NCBI GenBank assembly: GCA_031281265.1 | Contig: JAITFO010000092.1 | Span: forward strand, 17,132 to 81,131 | DNA: 64,000 nt | From: Candidatus Fibrimonadaceae bacterium | Lineage (GTDB): Bacteria; Fibrobacterota; Fibrobacteria; Fibrobacterales; Fibrobacteraceae | Direction: 5' to 3' | In this document: positions 36,453 through 44,608 of the stretch, in pieces | How the letters are laid out: each line of letters begins with the position of its first letter | Position numbering within the stretch: position 1 is the stretch's first letter | Made by a program: the position numbers and the translations under genes | The notes under the pieces: model-generated | The model's input: only the letters and a program-made list of their open reading frames with translations | Databases searched by the model: none | What the model was told of the DNA's origin: nothing

Positions 36453-37193
36453 TCACAACATATTGCGGAAAGGATAACCTTCCGGGCCTTTGTATTCTTC
36501 GCCAACCTTTTTAATAACTATATCGTCTATCCAAACCTTGAAAGCCTGATTTTCATCTTTACGCACCTCTATTCTAAAACCCTTTAAATTAGCCCAAGAG
36601 AAAGGCATAAAAACCTCTCTCCGGTTTTTGGAATCCCAATAAACGCCCATGTTCCCGAACAGCCTAAGGGGTATGCTTATCCTTTGCCATTCCGTTGTTA
36701 TATCGCCAAAGCTCTTGGAGCCTATTTTAACCTGCAAAGATTCTCCGTTGCTTTTAACTCCATCGTCTAAAAGCACGTATTGCGCAACTTCCCCGCCTTG
36801 AGCGCCCTTAATCCAAAATTCCAAAACGCCATCTTCAAGATAGGGAGTCACATCCTTGGAACCAGCTATACATATAGCAACACCGGAATAATCACTGGCT
36901 ATCAACTCTATTTCCATGGATAAATCGCCTTCCATAGCGTATTTGTCTGTCATGAATGGTTCTGGGTTTTCACGCGGATACTGGTAGGTGTAGCCTCCAC
37001 CTCTAGGTATTCTCTCACGCATAATAACAACCAAAACGTCTTGGTCTGCGTGGAAGGGCTTAATCTCTTTTTTTAGAAACCGTTCGGAATCGCGGTTTTT
37101 GTAAGTGTCAAAGGCGGCAGAAGCATCGGTAAAAAACAAAAACAGCGCCGCTAATGAAACTGCATAAGCTAATCTGCAATTCTTAGAAATCAT
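36453..37193 (-). CDS. Secreted protein with carbohydrate-binding-module-like beta-sandwich (246 aa)
   Basis: Signal peptide. 'LEFWIKGAQGG...WQRISIPLRLF...LKGFRIEVRKDENQAFKVWIDDIVI' resembles CBM/galactose-binding-like modules. This is inference only. Confidence 0.45.
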   Translation of the reverse strand: MISKNCRLAYAVSLAALFLFFTDASAAFDTYKNRDSERFLKKEIKPFHADQDVLVVIMRERIPRGGGYTYQYPRENPEPFMTDKYAMEGDLSMEIELIASDYSGVAICIAGSKDVTPYLEDGVLEFWIKGAQGGEVAQYVLLDDGVKSNGESLQVKIGSKSFGDITTEWQRISIPLRLFGNMGVYWDSKNRREVFMPFSWANLKGFRIEVRKDENQAFKVWIDDIVIKKVGEEYKGPEGYPFRNML

Positions 37194-37236
37194 ATCTATA
37201 ATATAGAAAAAAATAGATTTTTTTTAACAAAAAAAA

Positions 37237-38484
37237 TTATTTTTTAACGATTTTCAAAACTTTTGTCTGAGAACCCTGCCTAACAAGCAAAATATAGGTT
37301 CCGCTTTTCAGGTTCAAATCGGAGACAGAACGACCAGTTCCCAATTTTTTACCCTGCAAAGAGAAGATTTCAACAGAAACATCGCCCATATCTTGCAAAT
37401 TAACGGCAAGCGGCTTTATAGGAGACGGGCCATCTTTCCACGGCGCGTTTTGATAATACGCATTCAATTTGTCGAATATGTATTGCCCCGATGGAGTCAT
37501 TTTGGTTTTGTCTGCCCAACTCTCCATATCAAATTTCTTTGCCGCACCTTGAATACCAAAAAAACAGGAACCTTCATATTTATCGTTTATCTGCCAAGCA
37601 GCAGAAGATATTTTATTTTGGTCCATAAAGCTATGCCAGTCGTCAGAATTTTGGACATTGTGCGTATCGTAATTACTATTTTGCCCGCCATCTGCGTGAA
37701 CTGTGCCATATTCGGTCACAAAAAGAGGCACGTTGCCGTTAAGCGCAGCGTTTATGTTATTCCGAAAACTGTTCAAAGGATGGGTGTGAGCATAAAAATG
37801 CAAAACATAACCCACATTTCCATCTAGCTTATTGCCTGCAACATCCTGAACTCTTTGAGACCATTGAGGCGTGCCTACGAGAATGAGGTTGCTGGAATAT
37901 GCACGTATTACAGGGATAATTTGCTCCGCATAGCTTTTTATCTCTGCCCAGTTTATTCTATCTGCGGCAGCACAGTTGGTAGTGCCATCTCTGCAAACAG
38001 GCTCATTGTAAATCTCAAAAATCACATTATCATAAGAACCGTATTTTTGCGCCATATAATCAAAAAAATCCTTTGACTGTTGGATTTCGTTATGTGCTTT
38101 ATGCGAATGCCAATCTATAATCACATAGACATCGTTTGCTATGGCTCCGTCCACTATGCGCTCTACGCCGGCACGGTTTGTGGCAGCATCTGTGCTGGTA
38201 AAAGCAGAACTAGTTGCGCCATAAGCAGCTCTCACAACCTCTGCCTTCCAGTCTTTTACCATGTGCTCCACAGCAGTGGCTGCATTAGCGGCTTGATAAA
38301 AGCGGCCGCTTTCCCAGCTTGTGTTGCTCCAGCCAAAACTCACTCCTCTAACTTGCACCGGAGTGTCACCTGTTTTTGAACCGATTATCTTGTTTCCGCT
38401 GGCTTCAAGTTTGCCGTAGTAAGAAACGGGACCCGCTACAGCAAAGGAAAGACTAAGCCAAAGAATTGCGATTAAAAATTTCAT
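37237..38484 (-). CDS. GH5 endo-beta-1,4-glucanase with T9SS-type C-terminal sorting domain
   Basis: 'VRGVSFGWSNTSW', acid/base 'IFEIYNEP' and nucleophile 'LFVTEYGT'. The C-terminus reads 'VEIFSLQGKKLGT...GTYILLVRQGSQTKVLKIVKK'. Confidence 0.9.
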   Translation of the reverse strand: MKFLIAILWLSLSFAVAGPVSYYGKLEASGNKIIGSKTGDTPVQVRGVSFGWSNTSWESGRFYQAANAATAVEHMVKDWKAEVVRAAYGATSSAFTSTDAATNRAGVERIVDGAIANDVYVIIDWHSHKAHNEIQQSKDFFDYMAQKYGSYDNVIFEIYNEPVCRDGTTNCAAADRINWAEIKSYAEQIIPVIRAYSSNLILVGTPQWSQRVQDVAGNKLDGNVGYVLHFYAHTHPLNSFRNNINAALNGNVPLFVTEYGTVHADGGQNSNYDTHNVQNSDDWHSFMDQNKISSAAWQINDKYEGSCFFGIQGAAKKFDMESWADKTKMTPSGQYIFDKLNAYYQNAPWKDGPSPIKPLAVNLQDMGDVSVEIFSLQGKKLGTGRSVSDLNLKSGTYILLVRQGSQTKVLKIVKK

Positions 38485-38573
38485 GTGTCCTCCAAATTAG
38501 TGATATCTCTTCAATATAGTTATTTCACAGCAGAGCCATACCCTCAAGCTCAAAAACCGAATTTTTATGCAAT

Positions 38574-39212
38574 TTAAGAAGATTTTAATTTTTTTAGTCT
38601 TTCAAAATCATCTACAATTGGTTTGAAATTTTTGCAAAGATATCTTGCGTTTGTTTGCAATTTTCCTTTGTAAAAGTAAGAACGTTTGTTAATTACAGAA
38701 ATGCCTATCACATTAGCTCTATTTTCATAAACTTCAAATTTTTTACCCCTTTCGGCATCTAGATAAGCTTGCAAAAATTTGCGGCAAAACCCTGGATTTT
38801 TAACAATACTTTTTTTATAGAATTTTTCCAAAAACCTAACTGCACAGTAGAGATGCCCTGTTTCATGAGCTGCGATATTACGGATATCTTCCTCAGTCGC
38901 TCCACTAGGCAATAAAATTCTAAATCTTTCTGCACTTGGAAAAAACATACACGAGCCAATTTTCACATTTGTGCCAATCATCACACCATAATCAATGTTG
39001 AAAAACTCGTGGAAAACAGGCTGTAAAGTCCTGCATTTTAATTCCACAGTTCTGATAAATGAGGAAATTGGTTGTTTCCTTACATATTTGTAAAATACTT
39101 CAAAACCTAATATCTCAGCTTTTATTAAGTTTTTTTCTTTATCGTCTTGTATGTTAAGTTTTTGAAATAGATAATCAAAATCTATATCATTAGTATTATC
39201 TTTAGGAGGCAT
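38574..39212 (-). CDS. HExxH zinc-metallopeptidase-like protein (ImmA/IrrE-like motif), 212 aa
   Basis: 'IAAHETGHLYCAV' HExxH motif in the C-terminal half; the N-terminal half is unassigned. The gene is AT-rich. Confidence 0.55.
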   Translation of the reverse strand: MPPKDNTNDIDFDYLFQKLNIQDDKEKNLIKAEILGFEVFYKYVRKQPISSFIRTVELKCRTLQPVFHEFFNIDYGVMIGTNVKIGSCMFFPSAERFRILLPSGATEEDIRNIAAHETGHLYCAVRFLEKFYKKSIVKNPGFCRKFLQAYLDAERGKKFEVYENRANVIGISVINKRSYFYKGKLQTNARYLCKNFKPIVDDFERLKKLKSS

Positions 39213-39477
39213 TTTTATTCTCTATAGCACTAAAACTTGAATAATCTCGTTTCCATACCCCCGACAGATATGCACCAATCGCAACTTCATATCTATCCTC
39301 AACACTCGGGTATCCAGAAGTGTAAGACATAACAGGATTTCCCATAGCTTTTTTTAAAAAGCTTATTCTTCGCTCTACTGGTATATTATGCCTTTTAAAC
39401 TCCCTTTCAAGCGAAGCTCTGTTAGAGCAGGCTTTTAATGTCTTTAAGGACAACTTTGGAATTGTTTTTGTGGTCAT
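39202..39477 (-). CDS. Hypothetical 91-aa protein, overlapping the start of the HExxH gene by 11 nt
   Basis: ORF only; no recognisable motif. Coupled to 38574..39212. Confidence 0.45.
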   Translation of the reverse strand: MTTKTIPKLSLKTLKACSNRASLEREFKRHNIPVERRISFLKKAMGNPVMSYTSGYPSVEDRYEVAIGAYLSGVWKRDYSSFSAIENKNAS

Positions 39478-39514
39478 AATCTATCTCCAGTGGTTAGGAA
39501 AATATAGAAAATGG

Positions 39515-41731
39515 TCAATTTACAACCCTCAACGTTTTAACTTGTGAACCTTGGCTTAAACGCAAAATATAAACACCCTTTTGCAGATTAAGGCTACCGA
39601 GCGAAACCTGCTTTGGGCCGGCGTTTTGATGCCCACTGAGCAAGCTGCCCAGCTTTTTGCCAGAAAGCGAATAGACATCCAATTTTGCAACACCGCTCTG
39701 CGCAAGATAAAGCTCTATTTTTCCAGAACCCATTGCAACCAAACCCATGCTTTTGGTGCTGCTGAATTGCTGTATAGCACTAGGAGGTGTTCCGGGTATT
39801 TCTGTTGGTGCCGTAACATCAATGTCAGAACCGTTGCCCGTTAGCTTTATGTTTGCTCTTCCTGTATTTGAATTAACAGTCCCGTCTGTTATAATCCCGA
39901 GCAACACAACAGTCCCTGTTTTGTCTGCGGCTGGAGTATAAACATATTCTTTATCGCTCACCTTTGCCAAAGTTCCGGGATACCTAGGGTCTAAATACAC
40001 GGTTACAAACGATAAATCATCTTCATCTCTATCCCTGCCATTGAACTGAGAGATTCCAATAGTAACAGGGCTTGTGTTTGGCGCGTTTCCACAGCAGGAG
40101 TTTGTTGCGCTGACATTTATTGTGGGAGCAAGGTTTTGAATATTCAAAGTAACGTTTTGAGTACTGCTCTGCGGAGGGGTCTTGCTATTTTTAACGGTAT
40201 AGGTAAGCGTGGCTTCAGTAAAAGCAGCATTGGCAAGAGCAGCGGCCGGAGTGAAAGTGATGGTATCATTCCATCTTCCAGAAACAACAACCGTTCCAAC
40301 AGAAGGCGGCGAAATAGAAACAGCCGAAAGCTCAATAGTTGAACCCGTGGGGTCAGAAGCATTTAGTTGATTAAACATGCTCAAATAGGTTTTGGCTTTG
40401 CGGCTCACGTCAATAGGGTCTCTATCCGGCAAAATTGGACCTCTGTTGGTTATTGTCACCACAACTTTGCTCTGAATGGTAATGCCACCTTGTTCCACTT
40501 TATATATAAACTTAACTTTATCCTTTGGCGCACCAGAGACTCTGTATGTAATGCTCTTGCCTGCATCTGTAATTGTAGCTGTGCCAAATGCAGGAGTGCT
40601 AACCTCTGTGATAGTTCCAGTTAAACCTAAGGTGGTTGCATTCAGCACAAGGTCTTTTCCATCATCAACGCTTGTTATAACATCTTTGCCTCTGGGATGA
40701 TTGCTTGGTATATACGAATCCCATTTCTTTTTGGTCATATAAGTTTTAAAATAGTTGCCAGAGCCTGTCAATTTACTTGCATCAAGAGATGAGGAACCCA
40801 TATTTGTGGGAAAAAAGGAAGAACCTTCGCTTAAGTTACTCGCATTCCACATGCAGTTGCTAATATTATTATCGTCCATCCAACTTGTCCACGGGTCTGT
40901 TGCCCCAGCGTTTGAAGAGCCATTGCCATCGTAATTAACCGAACCCCACTCGGAACCAAAAACCGCATTGCCTGCAGTCCTTGCATCTTGCGCACTTTTG
41001 CCTATGTTATCGCCATTTGGAAAACCATGTGAAGCCGCATAAAAATGAAAGGTAAAAGCAACATTATTATCTTTTGAACCCCAATCTGCAGCTTGCTCCT
41101 TTGGCTTTTTGGAATAATTGGGGCTGCCTATAAGCACTAAATTATTGTTGCCTGCTGCGCGGAGCGCAGTTACAATTGTATTTGCATGGGAGGTTACTTG
41201 AGTTTCGGAGGCACTAATAGGCTCGTTATACACTTCCCAAATCAAATTAGGAACGCCGGGATATTCGTTAGCCATCCACACAAAAAAATCCTTTGCGCTT
41301 TGGGTTTCGTTGTGAGCTTGGTGGGAATGCCAATCAACTATCACGTATATATCGTTTTCTATGGCTGCATCCACCACTGCCTTCATTAAACCCTTTTGAA
41401 TGTCTGGCTTAAAGTAATAGCCCCAATAATTTGTGCCAGCTTTGTTTATCTCTTCAGAACTTTCCTTAAAATAACGAATTGCCATTGCAGCGCGGATAAC
41501 GCCTATTTGCATATTATCAACAAACCAGTCCACGGTTGTGGAATTGTAGAAGGGACCACCCGAACCTTCGCTCCAATAGAGGCTTGGCCCTTTGACCATA
41601 ATTGGAATTGATGTTCCGGTTTTTTCACCGCAGATATTATTGCCACAGCGCTTAAGCGCACCAAAATGGCTAACCGGGCCTGCTAAAGCCTGAGTCGCGA
41701 ACAACAGAAATGCAAATACAAGGATTTTCAT
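39515..41731 (-). CDS. GH5 endoglucanase + Ig-like/cadherin-like repeat region + T9SS C-terminal sorting domain (738 aa)
   Basis: 'IWEVYNEP' and 'VFGSEWGS' catalytic Glu contexts, a central beta-rich repeat region ('TITDAGKSITYRV', 'TLTYTVKN'), and a C-terminal 'LDVYSLSGKKLGS...GVYILRLSQGSQVKTLRVVN'. Confidence 0.9.
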   Translation of the reverse strand: MKILVFAFLLFATQALAGPVSHFGALKRCGNNICGEKTGTSIPIMVKGPSLYWSEGSGGPFYNSTTVDWFVDNMQIGVIRAAMAIRYFKESSEEINKAGTNYWGYYFKPDIQKGLMKAVVDAAIENDIYVIVDWHSHQAHNETQSAKDFFVWMANEYPGVPNLIWEVYNEPISASETQVTSHANTIVTALRAAGNNNLVLIGSPNYSKKPKEQAADWGSKDNNVAFTFHFYAASHGFPNGDNIGKSAQDARTAGNAVFGSEWGSVNYDGNGSSNAGATDPWTSWMDDNNISNCMWNASNLSEGSSFFPTNMGSSSLDASKLTGSGNYFKTYMTKKKWDSYIPSNHPRGKDVITSVDDGKDLVLNATTLGLTGTITEVSTPAFGTATITDAGKSITYRVSGAPKDKVKFIYKVEQGGITIQSKVVVTITNRGPILPDRDPIDVSRKAKTYLSMFNQLNASDPTGSTIELSAVSISPPSVGTVVVSGRWNDTITFTPAAALANAAFTEATLTYTVKNSKTPPQSSTQNVTLNIQNLAPTINVSATNSCCGNAPNTSPVTIGISQFNGRDRDEDDLSFVTVYLDPRYPGTLAKVSDKEYVYTPAADKTGTVVLLGIITDGTVNSNTGRANIKLTGNGSDIDVTAPTEIPGTPPSAIQQFSSTKSMGLVAMGSGKIELYLAQSGVAKLDVYSLSGKKLGSLLSGHQNAGPKQVSLGSLNLQKGVYILRLSQGSQVKTLRVVN

Positions 41732-41871
41732 AGGAGCCTCACTATATGGATATATATAATATAGATTATTTTAAATTAAAATAACAAAAAACGGGTTATT
41801 TTTCAAAAAATGGCTTTTTTTGTGATTTTTCTATATTATTTTCGTATAACAACCACACTGTGAGGTGCTTT

Positions 41872-42738
41872 ATGTTAAAAAAAATAATTGCGGTTTGTGC
41901 CATAACCCTATTTTTTGCCTGCTCCGCAAAAGATGATGGCTTTGTTTACGGCGAGGATTCCAGTTCCTCAAATCAAGCGGTAGGCGGCACCAGCTCCAGC
42001 AGCATTCCTAGCAGCTACAGTTCCAGTAGCGAAGGAGACGAAGGTAATTCAAGCAGCAGCACCGTAACCATTGTTGTAATAACCAGCGAAAAACGATCAG
42101 CATTATTTGGAACCTATTACTATGGTTATGCTTTAAAGGATAGCAAACCTGAACCTATAGAAGACTTTTGGGATCCGGAGTGCCCAACCACAGCAGGAAT
42201 ACCTCCAAAAGATAATTGTCAGTTAGATTCCACAAATACAATCCTGCGAAATAGACTTACAACTAGAGACGCCCCCCTTCACTACGATTTCCCCTTTCCC
42301 AAGTATTCCGCAGCCAGAGGCTATGTTGAACTGAAAGAATATATTTTAAAAGGAGCTGGCGACCAAGCCGCTGTGGGATTAAACGTATCTGATGATGGTA
42401 AGGACATAGGGGAGTGGGGAAATCCTGCTCTGAATGGAACCGCTGCTTTTATTTACAGATACTCAGGCGCAGCACATATATTCCGCATTGTTTCCAAAAT
42501 AGATGGAGATTTTTGGTATAAAGAAGTTCCAGCAACTCCAAGCAAAGAAGGAACGGATTCAGTAACAGTGAGAATTCCAACAAGTGAACTTGCAGGCATG
42601 GGTTCTTATGCTGAAGGAACCGCCTTTGATATTTCCAAAGTAGCAAAATTCCTGTGGGTTGTGGAATATGATGCCGCAAACGTATCTAAAAACACAGGTT
42701 CGCTTAGGATAGAAAATCTAAGTGCCGAATTAGAGTAG
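41872..42738 (+). CDS. Lipoprotein with Ser-rich linker and unassigned C-terminal domain
   Basis: Lipobox 'LFFACSAK' and a linker 'SSSSNQAVGGTSSSSIPSSYSSSSEGDEGNSSSS'. The start is set at the ATG at 41872. Confidence 0.55.
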   Translation: MLKKIIAVCAITLFFACSAKDDGFVYGEDSSSSNQAVGGTSSSSIPSSYSSSSEGDEGNSSSSTVTIVVITSEKRSALFGTYYYGYALKDSKPEPIEDFWDPECPTTAGIPPKDNCQLDSTNTILRNRLTTRDAPLHYDFPFPKYSAARGYVELKEYILKGAGDQAAVGLNVSDDGKDIGEWGNPALNGTAAFIYRYSGAAHIFRIVSKIDGDFWYKEVPATPSKEGTDSVTVRIPTSELAGMGSYAEGTAFDISKVAKFLWVVEYDAANVSKNTGSLRIENLSAELE

Positions 42739-42765
42739 AGGATAAAAAAAGCCCTAGTTTATAAA

Positions 42766-42800
42766 CAAAAAAGCCCTCGCAATTTGCGAGGGCTTTTTGT
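42766..42800. terminator. Bidirectional rho-independent terminator between convergent genes
   Basis: AAAAAA-GCCCTCGC-AATTT-GCGAGGGC-TTTTTGTTT, with T-runs on both strands. Confidence 0.75.
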
Positions 42801-42822
42801 TTAAGCTTTAAGCAAACAATAA

Positions 42823-44040
42823 TTATTTAATCACTATCCTGCCGGTGTAGCCGAGCGAAGGAGCGCGAACCATGTAAATGCCGGTGGGTAAGCTAGTGAG
42901 GTTCATGGTGTTGCTGTTTGGGGTTAATGTTTGAGATTTAACCATTGCGCCCTGCAAGTTGTAAACTTGAATCACAGCTGGCTTGGCAATGGAAGCAGTA
43001 AGCACTTTGCCATTCACAGTAAGGTTCACGTTGCTTGCATTTTTAACAATAATCGGGTTCGGGTTAGATGCACCGCAGTCACCGTAAAAGCCGAACTTAT
43101 AAAGTTTAAAATTAACCGTTTTGGGTTCGTATCCTTTTAAACGGATTGCAATTTGCGCCAATTCCTTTGCAGCTTTATCCAAGTTGCCAGCAGGATTAGG
43201 TTGTCGGCTAGTATTGCCATCACACCCTGCCCAATTATCCTGCGAAAAATCACCTTGCTTGTTGGAGGTATAGCATGCTTTTTGGTCAAGAGTACCTTCC
43301 CATGACATATTTACAACCGTAGGCGTGGCTGCTGGCGCAAGATAATGGACCCAAGTGTCGTATATAGGGTCGCCATCAGGAGGTGGTGTTAAATTGTTCC
43401 AGTCAAGTTCAAGTGCCACATCGTGCCCATTGCTGCCATTTGCACTAGAGCCTGCATCGTGGTCGCTGGTATATTCTAAGCAAAAACCCCTAGAATATTG
43501 GGTCATATCTCTTTTTACAAGCACGGGAACGTGCGGGTCACTGGGAGTGCTGAGACCAACAGCCAATGATACCCCGTCTGGAGCATATTTTGAATAATCA
43601 CCCTCACCAATTGTGAATTCAACATGAAGAAAATCACCATCCAATTGGGATATGCCAGTTGCTCTATCCGTGACATCTGGACCTTCGCAAGAAGGGAAAT
43701 CCGCTCCATTTAAACTTTTTTCACCGCCCTTTAAATTTTTTACCATTACTTTATTGGTACCGCTTTTTCTGGTTTTAGAAGTACCGCATTGGTAAGTATC
43801 GGCATTAGCTTCTACACTGGGGCCATATACAGTGCCAAACCACCAACCACCCATTGTTTTGAAACATGGGTCATTAGAATCATCTTCGTGAAAATTAGCA
43901 TTAGGACCGTATTTGCAGTCAAATATCCATGGAAATGTGACCTGCCCGTGCTCTATGCCATTCCACCACAAAGGGTCTCCGGCAAAAACCATACTGGAAG
44001 CAAAAGCTATTGCTACCCCAATTTTTTGAAACTTATTCAT
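42823..44040 (-). CDS. Secreted Cys-containing protein with T9SS-type C-terminal sorting domain, function unknown
   Basis: The start is set at MNKFQKIGVAIAFASSMVFAG. The C-terminus reads 'IQVYNLQGAMVKSQ...LPTGIYMVRAPSLGYTGRIVIK'. Confidence 0.6.
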   Translation of the reverse strand: MNKFQKIGVAIAFASSMVFAGDPLWWNGIEHGQVTFPWIFDCKYGPNANFHEDDSNDPCFKTMGGWWFGTVYGPSVEANADTYQCGTSKTRKSGTNKVMVKNLKGGEKSLNGADFPSCEGPDVTDRATGISQLDGDFLHVEFTIGEGDYSKYAPDGVSLAVGLSTPSDPHVPVLVKRDMTQYSRGFCLEYTSDHDAGSSANGSNGHDVALELDWNNLTPPPDGDPIYDTWVHYLAPAATPTVVNMSWEGTLDQKACYTSNKQGDFSQDNWAGCDGNTSRQPNPAGNLDKAAKELAQIAIRLKGYEPKTVNFKLYKFGFYGDCGASNPNPIIVKNASNVNLTVNGKVLTASIAKPAVIQVYNLQGAMVKSQTLTPNSNTMNLTSLPTGIYMVRAPSLGYTGRIVIK

Positions 44041-44185
44041 AAACAAACTCCTGTAGAAAAAACCCACACTAACAATATATATAAAAATCCCAAAAGTAGA
44101 CAAAAAAATGACAAAACAGGTGGAAAAATGTGATTTTATAGGGGATAGATAAGGGCGTATGCGACCCAAGGTCTACAAAAAGTAC

Positions 44186-44608
44186 TCAAACTGTATACAT
44201 TTCCTTTTCCTTATCGGAGAATGTTTTTGACGAGCAGATAGCAAAAATTATGGATTTTATGACTTTTTCGGGAATTTCCCCAAGCACTTCCACTTTTCCT
44301 TCTGCGTAATCTTTCCTGAACTCTGTCTCGCTAAGTTCAAACAAATTGTCTCTGCTACATTGAATGCAGGATTCTTTGGTCAATTCATTCCAGTCATTGC
44401 CATTGATGCAAACCAAGGATTTCAAATCATTTCTCGCTAGTATGCGGGATTTCTCTATTTGCGAAGTCACATAGAAATATCTCAAAATGCTACCGTGCTT
44501 GAAAACTATGATTATTCGATGGTCAATATTGGAACCCGGCGGATACTTTCCTTTAAAAGATTTCCATTTTCCAACGTTAAACAAATTATCGGGAAATATG
44601 ATAGGCAT
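44186..44608 (-). CDS. Hypothetical 140-aa protein; candidate toxin partner of the Panacea-domain gene
   Basis: Overlaps the upstream DUF4065-like gene by 23 nt. It is AT-rich and has no motif I can name. Confidence 0.5.
   Translation of the reverse strand: MPIIFPDNLFNVGKWKSFKGKYPPGSNIDHRIIIVFKHGSILRYFYVTSQIEKSRILARNDLKSLVCINGNDWNELTKESCIQCSRDNLFELSETEFRKDYAEGKVEVLGEIPEKVIKSIIFAICSSKTFSDKEKEMYTV

Noticed and set aside
36446-36505. N-terminal extensions of track ORFs that overlap neighbouring genes. Others are at 44041..44169, 45207..45296, 56839..56898 (which runs into tRNA-His), 61948..62055, 7578..7619 and 49987..50049.
   Set aside because: In each case an internal ATG yields a proper signal peptide or conserved N-terminus and removes the overlap. 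Several of the extensions begin at GTG or TTG.
37194-37236. An AT-only hairpin (ATCTAT...ATAGAT followed by a T-run) between the 415-aa GH5 gene and the CBM-like gene, considered as a possible terminator.
   Set aside because: The stem is short and purely A/T, so it cannot be distinguished from AT-rich spacer. Read-through from the cellulase into the OMP-like operon remains possible.
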